A stretch of 64,000 nucleotides of DNA from Chrysomallon squamiferum (taxonomy: Eukaryota; Animalia; Mollusca). The translations under genes were made by a program, and so were the position numbers. The notes under the pieces were generated by a model, which saw only the letters and a program-made list of their open reading frames with translations, searched no databases and had not been told where the DNA came from. The stretch lies in the NCBI GenBank assembly GCA_012295275.1, contig CM022665.1:5456001-5520000 (forward strand), read 5' to 3'. This document shows, piece by piece, positions 1-13,508 of the stretch. Numbering within the stretch: the stretch's first letter is position 1; every line of letters starts with the position of its first letter.

Positions 1-48
1 GACATGTTAGCATGTAATACAGGCAGTATGCTATAAATGCTAACTGGA

Positions 49-620
49 ACAAATAGCTCACATATGCTATCTATATCTGTCGCATGTAAACAGTGCTATC
101 TATATCTGTCACATGTAAACACTGCTATCTATATCTGTCACATGTAAACACTGCTATCTATATCTGTCACATGTAATTAAATACTGTAGCTTTTACTGTC
201 ACAATTAAATACAATATCTTTAATTGTCATTGTAATTACATAATCTAGTTTAACTGTTAAATGTAATTACATATCTATAACTAGTCAATATAATTACCTA
301 CTGTGTCTTATTGTCATTACAAACTGCATCATAGTCATTATGATTACATACTATAACTTAGTCAAAAATAATTACTGTAATTTTGAAATTCCATATCTGC
401 ATCTTACTCATTGCGTATTTGTTAACATACTATAACTTTAGTCATTATAATTACATACTCTGGTTTAAGTTCAGTGTAATTAGATATTATAACTTTAGTC
501 ATTGTAATTGCATACTGAAATAAAAGTCAGCATCATAGAATGCTTTAAAACCATGGTGAAGTTCATTACATATCACTAACTGTAATCACATAATGCTGAT
601 CATTTTCTGTAATTTTACTC
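49..620. repeat. Degenerate minisatellite, ~29-bp unit (actgctatctatatctgtcacatgtaaac)
   Basis: Near-perfect units at ~65-175, decaying into gtaattacat/tagtca variants downstream. Confidence 0.75.
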
Positions 621-964
621 TGTCAGTCCCGTCCACAATTAATTAAGAAACTGAAATTTTATGATGGTGTAAAAAAAAATTTTTTATACTACTAATAATA
701 ATATTTCTGTGTAATAAAAATCACTGAGAATTTTTTTTTTTTTTTTTTTTTTTACTAACCCGACCCAATAAAGACACTAAAAACGTTGCATGCATAAAGA
801 CAAGACAAGCTTTTAGGCTGGGAGAGTGCTGTAGAGATCTGTACCATTTTCTATGTCTATACGCATACCTTCTAATTCAATTAGCGTGAACACATTGACG
901 ATTTGGTGTCCATGTTCAAAAATGACAAACTCTTCCTGCCATAACTTCTCTGGCACGTGCTGAG

Positions 965-1810
965 AATACAAAACCTGTGTTTTAATTATGATTTTACGTG
1001 TAAACTGTGTTTTAATTATTTCACGTCAAATCATTTTAATTATTTCATCTGAACTCTGTGTTTAAATTACTTTCACATGTAAACTGTTTTAATTATTTCT
1101 GGTTTAAGTCTGTGTTTTAATTATTTAACGTCAAAGCTGTTTTAATTATTTCAGCATCAAAGCTGTGTTTTGAATTATTTCACATATAAACTGTTTTAAT
1201 TATTTAATGGTGAAATCAGTTTAATAATTTCACTCTGTAAACTGGGTTTTAATTATTTCAAATGTAAACTGTGTTTTAATTATTTCAAGTGAAATGAAAA
1301 AAATTATTTGTAGTGTAAACTGTTTTAATTATTTCACATGTAAACTGTTTTAATTATTTAAAATGTAAACTGTTTTAATTATTTCAACTAAAAACTGTGT
1401 CATTAATTAATTTCAAGTAGAATGCTGTGATTTTAATTTTATTTCACATGTAAACTGTTTTAATTATTTAAAATGTAAACTGTTTTAATTATTTCAAAAA
1501 TGACAAACTCTTCTTAATTATTTCTCGTGAATGCTGTGTTTTAATTACAAAACATGTAAACTGTTTTAATTATTTCAAATGTAAACTGTTTTAATTATTT
1601 CAAGTGAAAGCTGTGTTTTAATTATTTCACGTGAAAACTGTTTTAATTATTTCAAATGTAAGCTGCGTTTTAATTATTTCAAGTGTAAACTGTTTTAATT
1701 ATTTCAAGTGTAAATTGTTTTAATTATTTCAAGTGAAAGCTGTGTATTATTTCACGAATAAACTGTTTTAATTATTTCACGTTTAAACTGTGTTTTAATT
1801 ATTAAATCAG
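965..1810. repeat. Minisatellite, ~25-bp unit (tgttttaattatttcacatgtaaac)
   Basis: Dozens of degenerate copies of tgttttaattattt visible directly. Confidence 0.9.
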
Positions 1811-2274
1811 AACTTATAAACTGATTTTGTTTGTTTTCTGTTCTTAGTAAATTAGAACTATTTTAGATTTTCAGACTTTCAGTTTAATTTGTTCTTTTGG
1901 AGATAACATCCTGAATTCTTTGATGTCAGCTGTAATGAAAACAGGGTTTTGTACTGGGTGTACATGTATCCTCAATAGATAAGTCATTAAATATCCCAGT
2001 AAGATGTCAGATGTGAATCATGTTATCTCAGTAAAATTTTGACATGTAAAAATGCTGACGTTAGAACCAGTCATAAATAGATTTAAAAATATTTTCAATT
2101 TCAATTTTAAATAGTTATAACATTGTATAATTAGAATAAAATAAAACAAGGGAAATTTTTCGGGTTAGATACAGTTCAAATGCCCTTTTATCTCAAGAAA
2201 TTTATAATTACAGAACCTGATAAATATTGAAAACCGGAGAAAATTAAGAAATATTATCTTTAATACAATAAATC

Positions 2275-3330
2275 ATTAGGGTTTCATTTGGTGGGTAGGG
2301 TTTCTGTTAGGGTGAGTTTTAGATTTAGAGCTGGATTTAATTCTCTATTTATATCAGATTTTACATATAAAACGAAAAATGTTACGATGAGTGTCACGAT
2401 AAAATATAAAATAAATTTTATTTCAATAAATTAACTTGTGTAAAAGTTTATGTGTTATGATAAAATTTTAAATAACTTATATTTCAGTAAATTAAATTGG
2501 GAAAGTTTATGGCGAGTATTAGCATAAAAATTAAAATAACTGTTGCTTCAGTACATTCTGTATTTATTCCACTGATAAAATAAACATCATGGATAGGGTT
2601 AGTGCTGGGGATACGGTTAGGGTTTGGTTAATTTGAGTTAGGGTTAGGACCTCGGTTAGGATTTGGACTTAGGTTAAGGTTAGGGTTGGTATTCGTTTTT
2701 TGTATTAATTTAGCTAAAGAGACATTTAATGTAAAACTTTAAATAATTATTTCATGATATGCATCAGGATAAAATTAAAAAATATTTTATTTCAGTAAAT
2801 TAATTTTGAAAGTTTATGATGAATGCTAGGACAAAATTTAAAATAACTGTTATTTCAATAAACACTGTATTTAACTTATTGAAACAAGCAATTGCCATTG
2901 TCACGTTTAGGGCTAAAGTTAGGGTTAGGATTTGGGTAAGGATTAGGTTGACGGTTATTGTCAGATTTAATTATCTGTTTCCTGAATTTGAATTGAATTT
3001 GAAACTTTTTAAGATGGATGTTAAGATTAAATTTAATTTAGTTTTTGTTTCAATCCTAACCCTACTGTTACTTCTAACAATATGAAAAATCAACGTTTTA
3101 TTAAAATAAAACATATTTTAAATATTATCCTAATGCCCATCATAAATATTCCCAAGGTCATTTTGTTTTTCAAATAAAAGTTATTTTCAATTTTATCCAA
3201 AAACTTACCATTAATTTTCTAAAGGTAATTATTTCAAATAAAAGCTTTTTCAGTTTTATCAAAACCCTAACCCTAACAGATACCGTAAACCTAACCCTAA
3301 CCTAAACTCTAGCTCTAACCCTGGCCAAAC
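2275..3330. repeat. Degenerate TTAGGG-like interstitial repeat patches, flipping orientation near 3050
   Basis: ttaggg/ggttag patches at ~2277-2330, 2593-2690 and 2905-2950; ccctaa patches at ~3055 and 3262-3325. Confidence 0.65.
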
Positions 3331-3499
3331 GTTACATTATGATAAATTACGTTACAATATGAAAAAAAATACGTTTTATTACCATTCTAGTTTAATAGAA
3401 AATGATTTTAACTACTTTCACAAACTACTTTATCAGTTATTTTCATTTATTCATTTATTTTTATTTATTTATATATTATTAATATAATTAATAATAGTA

Positions 3500-3539
<40 letters not shown>

Positions 3540-3552
3540 AAAATAATCTTAC

Positions 3553-3614
3553 CTTGATGTTCAAATGAAATGATTATCTTCAAATATGTACTGTGTTATG
3601 TTTTTCTGTATTTC
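3553..3614 (-). pseudogene. Orphan non-coding exon 1 of the M peptide-gene family
   Basis: Matches M-family exon 1 (ttgaacatcaag|gtaag donor; cf. 12070-12130, 55959-56020). The TATA box is missing and no exon 2 follows within the window. Confidence 0.75.
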
Positions 3615-3754
3615 TTTACCTCCACATCATTACACGGGAAATGAGAGAAGAAACTCGCTTTTACCTCTCCAAAACGTAATGGATTAACATCAGTTTATTT
3701 TTTAACACGAATGAGCAGAAAAGATCAAATAATTGTCCGTTGATAAACCATTTT

Positions 3755-3845
3755 CGAGACATTGACTGGAATGTAAAATAGTTCAGAGGATCCACTTAAT
3801 AAGATAGACCCTACAACAGTTCTAACCACTGAGCTACATGACGCA
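3755..3845 (-). mobile_element. Decayed tRNA-derived SINE head
   Basis: Minus strand reads tagctcagtggttag (Pol III A-box consensus TRGCNNARYGG) at 3822-3836, followed by gaactattttacattccagtcaatg, which resembles the repeated fragment at 10230-10320. Confidence 0.5.
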
Positions 3846-4379
3846 TGTTTGTGTAAGGAAATTAAACACTCCAAAAGATTGGCCTAAAGCAAAATCAGAA
3901 ACAAAAGCATCAAAGCGTACAAACTCAGACTTCAAACCGAGAAGAACATGGTTCTTTCAGTTTGAAAACCTGACTAGTATCATTTACTGATTTCATTTGT
4001 TTTCTCTTGATCAGTGTAAAGATTTAATTTCAGTTAGAATACATTAACAGCGAGCACAATGAACTGCAAACGCAACTGCAGTGAATCCGTTTTCTTTTTC
4101 CACAATACTTATTTTTATTTTTCTAATGGTCCGGAACAAATCCTGATCTCTCTTCATTATTATTATTATTTTTTTTTAATATTATTATTTTTTGTTTCTT
4201 TTCTGTTATAAAAGTCTTTGGATTGTATATATCAAAATACTGATGGTTTTTGAACGTTAACATTTATTAATATTGCAAATACAATTTAAAATTTAAAGAT
4301 CGCTCCTATCTGCACGAAACAAAAACTTTGAAGAAGCGGCTGACTGATACCTTAAATCAAATAATTCTTTTTGATTTAC

Positions 4380-6005
4380 TTGCCAAATTCTCTCTATTTG
4401 ACTGTAAAGCTAGTTAATATAGTAATGTTCCATAGAAGCCCTATCTCTTATTATTTGTTATAAAGTGTATTACTATGTGTATGCAGCATTGGCTTCTGTT
4501 TCATTTTCGGTACACAAAATATTTTATTTTCTACCCACAGTAAATAACGGCAGAAACTAAATAAAACAGAAGCCAAATATTTAATAAATATGATAGTTAA
4601 AAGAGCAAACTGTAAGTAAAAACGTATTGGGTTTCATATGTTTATTTTGTAACAGCCATCTTGAATGTTCTCACACAATCTGAGTGTTTTTGTATACGTG
4701 GCAGAGATGAATAATCAGAAACGAAAGCTCTATAAACAAAAACATTTCACGCTTCGTGCTGCACGACAACAACCTTGCTGCAGCATTTGTGCTTTCATTA
4801 ACGTTTAGTGTTAGGTTCATTATTGCTCTGCTGGTCCTCTTCTCCAAGATCCGGGAACCATATTTAATAATCGAATTTTCTAGAGTGTACGTGGGCGCCC
4901 GCACGCGTTTGTATGTGTCTGTGTGTAAGTGTGTGTGTTCACATTATTAACTATCTCTATAATTCACCTTTCAAATAATAAAACGTAAGTCTAACTGAAA
5001 TTTTAATTTATGACTAAATATCTGAAATTTTATTGTTTTGGTTTCAAGGAATCATCGCTAGGTTTTTAATTGATAACAACAACATTTTTAAACTAGTTAC
5101 GTACGCCACATTTATTTCCTATGTTTCAGTTCTTAATTTGTCTCGAGTTTGAAAAACAATTTCTTTTTCTCACACACAGCTGAATGTATCCTGTTTCTGT
5201 GTCCACTGTAAACTGCTAAACTGATCCAACTCCGACTGCAACTCTTACTTTGGTTACTTTCACTTAACACAAGACAAAGACTCGTCACCTTTAACTGCAC
5301 ATTTAGTGACAACCTTTACTACAGGATTAATACTTGTACACATCTCCATAAAAACAGTAACCTTCAATTTATCCTGATTTCTCTAGGATTACCAGTTACA
5401 CTTTATCCTACCAAGAAATCGTTATCATATATTGCAACAGTAAAGCTTGCAGTTTACTTTGAAAAAGTTACCATGTCAATGACAGTGACAATATGACAAG
5501 ATTATCTAAAGCATGATGGTATAATAGAGTACTAAATTGATAACAGTTAACACAGCAAATCACATCAAAGTTAAATAAACAGAACAGTAAAAGTAGTGTT
5601 ACCTATGTCCATTTAACTATACAGCCGTTCAGTGAAGAAGCATTCTTCCTGTGATTCCAACACATTTATCCACAAGTCTCCAATCTCGGATTATTTATGC
5701 CAAAAACCTGGCGACCATGCATATTGCTTGGATAAAGTCAAGCACTTCGAATACCCGGTAACAACCTAGTCAACAACATTAACTGTTCCAGTGAAATTCT
5801 CTATTGCCAGGCGTCTCATAATCAAATTGGTCACAACAACAATCACGTATGTCAAATAGTTCTGTTTATGTATCAATTTCTTTAAGCGCTGGCCAAAACT
5901 AGAGATGAAACGACTTTGGTCTTTTACATTCAATATTTTTATTTTGTAATATAAAAAATAATTTATCTAGAACACTCAAATAAATAATAAAAACCACTTC
6001 TAACA
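4380..6005 (-). pseudogene. Possible heavily decayed class A GPCR-like relic (copy 1 of 3)
   Basis: Stop-riddled hydrophobic fragments in TM-like order (YLTYVIVVVTNLIMRRLAIENF; SVYLTLM*FAVLTVINLVLYY; MFLFIELSFLII). Pattern impression only. Confidence 0.25.
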
Positions 6006-6268
6006 TGTTACGGTCACTATTAATATGCTTCGGCTTTTAATGGCTTTCTCACCATTTTTTATTTACCGTCGTTTCTATACAGATTTGCCTCAAAATAATT
6101 TCATTCGCCTGTTTAACAAGCCTTAAATTCAAAAAAGTGCTTTAAAAAAGGGAAAATAAATAAAAAATAAAATAAAAAATAAAATCAATTTGTAAAAAAA
6201 AAAAAAATAATAATAATAAAAAATAAAAAAACTTAATCAGGTTTCAGTCAACAGATGTTCACACCCGA

Positions 6269-6382
6269 CCCGGACTTAACAGCTCAAAGAAGAACTCAAT
6301 TTGTTTTTCTGTCACAATCTCGACACCTTTCTGGTATAAATATACCTTTATGAAATAGCAAAAAGCAAAATACAGCATCAAG
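6269..6382 (+). promoter_or_regulatory. P1 core promoter and non-coding exon 1
   Basis: cccggacttaacag motif 6269-6282, TATAAATA 6335-6342, donor catcaag|gtaag at 6382. Confidence 0.8.
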
Positions 6383-6513
6383 GTAAGATTACGTTTCATT
6401 ATTATAATTCTGATTATTGGTATTTTTAGTGGGAGTAGTAGTAGTAGTAGCAGTAATATAGTAGTACTAGTAATAGAACCAGTAACAGTAGTTACTGATT
6501 GTTTTTCTGGAAT

Positions 6514-6578
<65 letters not shown>

Positions 6579-7082
6579 ATGGACACAGCAGCAGAAATGT
6601 CAGCATCAACAATAGCAGTAGTAGTAATAGTTGTTGTTGTAGAAAGAGTAGTAGCAGTGAACCAGATAGTAGTGGATGTTTGTATATTAACGTCCTAGGT
6701 TATCTTTATCACTAATGCATATCCTTATTTCTTTCATTCCTTTCTTATGTGATACATCTTGCACAGTGGCTATTATCTCGGAGTAGACGTTTTTATTGAG
6801 GTACATACTTATTATAAAATCAGATATTTCTAATTTTTCTTATTTGCTGTTGTTGTTGTTGTTGTTTTTTTTCATTCACTGAAAAGGATTTTAGATCATA
6901 ATTTTCATCAGGAAAATAGAAATGTCTTTGAATCCAATAAAGAGATACCAGACGTCCTGGACATTGATATATCTGACAAGAAATGATTAAGCATTTGCGA
7001 TAGTAATTATTTAATGGATTTCGGTATCATCTAGCTGCAGAATTTTTAGTATTTAGAACATTAGTTTGTGTTTTTTTAACAG

Positions 7083-7673
7083 ATGAAGCTGCTCTCCGTT
7101 TTCGTGGTGTTTTCACTTCTTGCTCTTCATGTTTCCGTTTTGGGAGAAAAAACGGATTTCCCTTGGTGGATTCTTGGACGTAAGTAAATATAATAATTTA
7201 ATACATACAGACATACATACATATACATCAGAAAGGTTTGCACTAAAAGTCATGGGGACACTAGCAGGCAGTATATTTTCAATACAGCTATTCATTCATT
7301 CATTTATTCATGAATTGATTTGTTTTTGGTAGTACATTATAAACAATCTAACACAGAGATTATAAGATTTCTTTTTCTTTCTTTTTGATCACAATTTTTA
7401 CAGGTAGAGACGCTGATGAAAATGTACATGTGAAACGGTTTCCATGGTGGCCTTTTGGACGTAAGTATATTTAATAAGTGAACAGTTAATATGTAACAAA
7501 AACCAGCTGCTGATTTCACTACCTGTCTATACATGTCTGCGTGTGAGAGAGACAAATGTTTGAATCAGGAATCTATATAAATCGGTTTCAAAATACGTTG
7601 TACTACATCTACAAGAATGGTAAGAACAGTAATAAAAATAACAACTCTAACAGTAACGATAATAATAATAATG

Positions 7674-7708
<35 letters not shown>

Positions 7709-7996
7709 CATAAATAAATAAATAAATAAATAAAATATTAAATTGCAAATCTTCAATCAAGTGGATTATAAAAATAATGATCAATAAGAGACAATACTGA
7801 TTATGATTAAAACAATACTCTGTTTATTTGTTGCGGTATTTTCACAGGGAGAGATGCTGACTCAAATGTAGAAACAGGAAGGTTCCCAGGAATACAAAGT
7901 AAGTATATCAAATATTTCTTGTAAAATTAATCATAATCTACATTCTAAATTAACAAGTAATCTATATATATTTTAAAACGTATAAACATATCAAAC

Positions 7997-8048
<52 letters not shown>

Positions 8049-8840
8049 TGCATATATACATATGTTATGGAAATTATTGATTACAGGGCTTTGATTATAA
8101 CAAAACAGTATTCTATCTAACAATTATAATAGTTAGGGAAGTTATATATACATTTATATATACATATATATATATATATTGAGATTAAGAATAAAATAAA
8201 ATAAAATAATAAGTATGTAAGTAAATTAATTAATTAATTGTTTTAAATGATACATTATGCATACATACGGAATTATTCATTAACTGTTCCTGTTTTATTT
8301 GATTAATTTTTGCTTTTTTTACAGGTAGAGACGCTGAAGCCAATCGCTGGCCGTGGTGGCTAGGAATTGAAAGTAAATATTTTGCTGCATCTGATGTGTG
8401 TTTGGGGATACGTTTACTCAAATTATTATTATTATTATTATTATTATTTATCTATCTCATACGTTTTATTTAGATTCGACTTTACATTTTTCTGTACTTA
8501 GAACGCTAATTTATATCTGTTGATACTTTCTAGTACCAATCATGATGCTTCCTGTCAGACATTGTGATTTTTACGTTATTTTTTATATTTAAGTTTTTAT
8601 TTATTTTTATTTTTTTTTATTTTTTTTCTCTATTGAGTAAGAAGAACCAGCATCATCTTTGACAAACGACACGTTTTTATTGTGCTTTTTTCAGAGCCTT
8701 AGTTCGTAATAAAAAATAACCCGATTGTTTTTTCTTTTTTCATACATTGTAAGGAAATATGCACTAAACTTGTTTCTGTAAATTTCTATAAACACGAAAA
8801 CTTTTATTTCTTTTTAGGTGACACAAACGAAAACCAGTAA
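7083..8840 (+). CDS. P1: secreted multi-peptide precursor, Trp/Pro-rich amidated peptides (91 aa)
   Basis: Coding exons 7083-7179, 7404-7460, 7848-7898, 8325-8372, 8818-8840(stop), all GT-AG and phase 1. Protein MKLLSVFVVFSLLALHVSVLG-EKTDFPWWILG-RR-DADENVHV-KR-FPWWPFG-RR-DADSNVETGR-FPGIQ-SR-DAEANR-WPWWLGIESDTNENQ*. Confidence 0.88.
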
Positions 8841-9191
8841 TCAGCCAGAAAGGTAATGCTATAATAATTAATTACTACATTTAATTTTAAGAATATATCG
8901 ACAGACGTACTGTCTATATTTTGACACTGATTATTATTTCATTATTTTTGTTGTTGTTGTCGTTGTTGTTGTTGTTGATGATGTGTTCTTGTCGTTGTTA
9001 TTGATGATGATGATGATAAAATAATTATACTAGTATTAACACTGTTAGTATTTATAACAGTAGCAGCAGAAGTAGTAGTAATAGTAGTAGCTACCACAGA
9101 ACTGTGGAATTTAATCTTACGAAAAAACCCCCAACATTTTTCGTTTTTTTAATCTGAATAACATAATTTTATTTATTTGTTTGTTTTTCAG

Positions 9192-9270
9192 ATGTTAACG
9201 GACTGAAAACAATGGACTAACATGACAGTGTTTCCTCACTCATTTTAAAATAAAGAGATTTGCGCAAATC
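9192..9270 (+). terminator. P1 terminal 3' UTR exon with polyadenylation signal
   Basis: Acceptor tttttcag at 9191, AATAAA 9249-9254; conserved at 25163, 32649 and 45531. Confidence 0.75.
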
Positions 9271-9387
9271 ATTAATATATATTGTTTGTTTGTTGTAATT
9301 TCATAATAGTTTAATCCACGTATTTTATGACTGGTTATATATTCTGCTTCATATCGTCTGTTAGTACAAATCGTCACTTAGGAATAT

Positions 9388-9509
<122 letters not shown>

Positions 9510-10229
9510 AAACACACAAACAGACAAATTGACTGCAACGACAATATTTATACAGACCGGGTGCACGAGTCCTACCTCCTTACACGATACGCACACGCAT
9601 ACATACTTTACTCCACGCAGCTTTCAAAGAAATAAAATCATCAAATCTTAATATGTTAATTAAGTAATAGTCACAGAATGTTATTATCCAGAGGTTTTGT
9701 ATGATGGTAAATCAATTGTATAAAATCGACTGGGATCACAGCAACCTTTGAAAACTTTAAGAAGAAAAAAAAAAAATAAAACAGCATGCTTGAAACTAAT
9801 ATATTTGAAATCCATTAAAGTCCTTAAAATAGGGTCGTTTTATTTTAATTGTTTTAAAGACAGAGGCATCAGACCTCTAACAAATCATAACATCCCGAAC
9901 TGCATGACATGGCTACACATCGGTAACTGTACAGCAGTTAAGATGTTGTATTCCTTTCTCAAATACAAAAAGAAGACACAATGACACATAGGTCGCAGCC
10001 TAGAAACCTGATTTAGTTTACTTTAAAGAAGTTTTCAGTTATTTCACAGAAAAGTGTAGCCAAAATATTTATTACATCATGTGATACTTTGTTTGTTTTT
10101 GCACTTAACTATTTAAAAAAATCCTAACTTCAGGTTATATTAATATATAATATATAATGACAATAAATTGTTATGATTGAAAAAAATATTTGCTAGCCTG
10201 TTTTCATATGTGATAGATCGCAGTTTATT

Positions 10230-10320
10230 TGGTTCAAGGTTAAGGACTGGTGGGTCGTAGGATCAGTCCTTCTTAGTGCATCCAACTGATTATTTCCCAT
10301 TCCATCCAATACCACTGGTT
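10230..10320 (+). mobile_element. Decayed SINE-like fragment carried in the duplicated unit
   Basis: ggtcgtaggatcagtcc...tatttcccattcca(g/t)ccaataccac recurs at ~26290, 33630, 49850 and 54180, and resembles the A-box element at 3755-3845. Confidence 0.35.
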
Positions 10321-11440
10321 TTTCAATTTATGAGCTATGTCCTTTCCTTTCTATATGAATATGCATATCTACATCAACAAAACACAAACTTCTAATGTGA
10401 AAAGTAATAAACCACAGTCTGGTATCGACAGATTTCTTACCTATTTGTATGTTAAGTATAATGTTATTTAATTTTATTTTAAACTGTTTTTCAGAACTAA
10501 TAATTATCTGTGTGTGAAATATAAATAAACTGACAAATAAACAAAGAATTATGCACCAGTATTTCTTTTTATTATTTTTATTGTTGTAGTAGTAGTAGTA
10601 GTAGTTGTAGTAGTAGTAGTAGTAGTAGTGGTTTCTGTTTGGTGTTTCTTTAGTCATAGTAGTAGTAGAAAAGTAGTAATTAGTAAAGTAGTATTTCTGT
10701 CTGGTTTTCATTATCATCTAAATTTTTGATTACAGAAGTAGATCTGAATCTGCAAAAAAATTAAGAATTTTTAATATATTATTATAAAATATTTTAGTTC
10801 AGTCAATGAATGTTTAATACTTCATTAAAGAAAGATTTTTGTCGTTTTTCGTTTTTTTTAATTTTAATGTTTTTTGTTTTATTTTTACCTATTTTATTTA
10901 TTATTAGTGGTAGTTGTATTTTTTATCGCCTGATTTTTCATGAAAATATTCCATGAAATAATGAACAAATAAGAATATAATTAAAATTAAAAAAACCAAC
11001 ACAAAATAAAAATAGAAATAAATATTCTGATTTGTATAAATATTTACAGTCGCGTACAAGAATATTTGATACAGAGAACAAATGTAAATTTACCTTGTTG
11101 ACTGGTCGTTTTCTTCTTATTTAAGAGGAATAAATTCATTATCTAGAGAACAAAAGAAAAATAAACTTCAGTCAGATATTTACATCAACCTTAATAACAA
11201 CATTCAGTAAAAAAAGAGATATACTGATTTTTGTGTGTATGTTGCTGTTGTTTTGTTTGTTTGTTTCATTTTTCATTTCTTTTTTTTTCGCTTTTTTCTT
11301 TCTGTCTGTGTGTGTGCGTGTGTGTGTGAGATTAAAAGAACAACGTGAACAATAAATAAAAATAATAATAATAATAAACTGCAGTGAAATTTCTTTTCTT
11401 TTCTCAACTACCGATAAAAATATTATCTCACTTACTTTCT

Positions 11441-11765
11441 TTATCGAGAGATTCGAGTAATCTCGAATCTGTTTTCGTTTTGATCATCAGCTCTTTTCTT
11501 TCCGTATCCTACAACACACAGTACAAAGTGATAAGAACTATTAACATAAACAGTATCAAACCAGTACTGTTTAAAATGTAATAAGTATTTCTCAAGACAG
11601 TATCATTCTATTTGAAACAAAAGGAATAAACATAATAAATAAAGAACCTGTTCGAGGAAATCGATTTCGCCTAGGACGATGCCATCCATAACCGTAACGC
11701 AAAAAAGCTGACAAATCTTCTACGGCAATAATACAAAGTAAGGCAAAAATAATCACTAGTTTCAT
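11441..11765 (-). CDS. M1: secreted Arg-rich amidated peptide precursor with truncated propiece (61 aa)
   Basis: Exons 11765-11648 and 11508-11436 (stop 11441-11443); downstream exon 11142-11094. Protein MKLVIIFALLCIIAVEDLSA-FLRYGYGWHRPRRNRFPRTGY-GKKR-ADDQNENRFEITRISR*. Confidence 0.82.
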
Positions 11766-11988
11766 CTGTAAGTATAAAGGAAAGGAATTTTAATTTTAAC
11801 ACAATCAGCATGTTATTTATTTAACTGTATTATTTTCTGCGACAGACAGAGAGACTAATAGACAGATACGCAAACAGAGAGAGAGAGAGAGACAAACAGA
11901 CAGACAGATAGATAAATATGAAGATATTAATAACCTTATCAGATTACAGTATTCCAAATCCTGGTAACTCCAAGCATTTAACAGTAAC

Positions 11989-12019
<31 letters not shown>

Positions 12020-12069
12020 GATAATAAAAAATAAATAAATAAATAAATAATAATGAAAATTAATCTTAC

Positions 12070-12200
12070 CTTCATGTTCAAATGAAATGATTATCTTCAA
12101 ATCTGTACTGTGTTATGTTTTTCTGTATTTCATATTGCTCTATTTATACATGAAAGGTGTCTCAGATATCTGATTTGTTTCTGCAACTGTTAAGTCCGGG
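12070..12200 (-). promoter_or_regulatory. M1 core promoter and non-coding exon 1
   Basis: cccggacttaacag 12187-12200, TATAAATA 12141-12148, donor at 12070 (all minus strand). Confidence 0.8.
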
Positions 12201-12509
12201 TTTTGATAAAACGTGTAGGTGAAGAATTAATTTTGTGTAGGTGAAGAATTATTTTATTATTTCTCCCTTTCTTTCTTTCTTTCGAACACCTGTTTCGTTT
12301 AGCCAGTTTTACTGATCATAGAAAAAACAGAATTCATTTTGGTGAATATTAGATCCTTTTCTCGAAGCTCTTAACAGCATTTTAGAAATTTCGTTATCAT
12401 TTTAACAATATTTCGCAGAAGTTGTCAAAAAGTAGTTTAGAACTTAGAATAACACTGACAATCTATATTAATATACGACAACAAAACTTACACAGATTCA
12501 TACGAACGA

Positions 12510-12554
<45 letters not shown>

Positions 12555-13448
12555 CATACATACACATACATACATACTTACAGACACACATACAAGCATA
12601 CTATCACACAAACATACACACATACATACATCAAATTTCACTATCATTTTAGCAGTATTTCGCAGAAGTTGTCAAAATGTAGTTTAGAACGGAAAAACAC
12701 TGACAATCTGTATGCAAATACGACAACAAAACTTACACAGATTCATACGTACGCACACACACAAATATATATACAAATATACATACGTACAGATAAACAT
12801 ACAAATATACTATCATAGATATATACATATATACATACACACATACATACATAAATCATTATACGATAACATACCTAAATATTAATATACAATTATACCA
12901 TCATACGTACTTACATAAATGCATACACACGTACAAACACACATAAATACATACATAGATAGATACATACATACATACACACATAGAGACAGACCGATAT
13001 CTTTACATCCGTACACCAGTTTTAAGTGTTGGTTGTCTAACCAAATGACCAACATTTCCATTCCGTATAGAATTTCTGATACGAGCAGCAAAAAGTGTCA
13101 AACAATTAAAATGTTTATCTCTGTATATTACATCTGTCTATATCATATTCATTATTGGTGTCAGCACATCCCAGACATCTGGTCACTAGATGACGAGATT
13201 TCGTGACATTAATTACAGAAGTCAATATCATTTTATTACATCGGTTTTTTCTCTCAAAAGCAAATGTTACACACTAAGAGTTAGGTGTTACGGGTATCTA
13301 GCATTACATCAGGTGACTGTGTGAATCAATTATTATTTGGATCATGTTATTAATCAATTTTGCGGAGTATTTAGCTCCGGACTGTATGTGTAATAAATTT
13401 CATTGACTAAACCATAATGATAATTGCACAGATAGTTAGATAGATTGA

Positions 13449-13508
<60 letters not shown>

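Noticed and set aside
1-1810. Irregular satellite decay as a biological signal (ttcaaaaatgacaaactcttc reappears at ~915 and ~1493)
   Set aside because: Could equally be noisy assembly consensus; not interpretable without reads
2275-3330. True telomere
   Set aside because: Repeats are degenerate, interrupted and internal
3822-3836. tRNA gene
   Set aside because: Only an A box; no intact B box or cloverleaf, so treated as a SINE remnant
9837-10000. Recurrent short ORF (FKDRGIRPLTNHNIPNCMTWLHIGNC) in four copies
   Set aside because: Co-duplicated intergenic DNA with variable frames and stops; no consistent splice or start context
11449-11470. Hairpin agattcgag-taat-ctcgaatct in M1 exon 3 as a functional RNA element
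   Set aside because: By-product of the deletion; imperfect in the M4 copy
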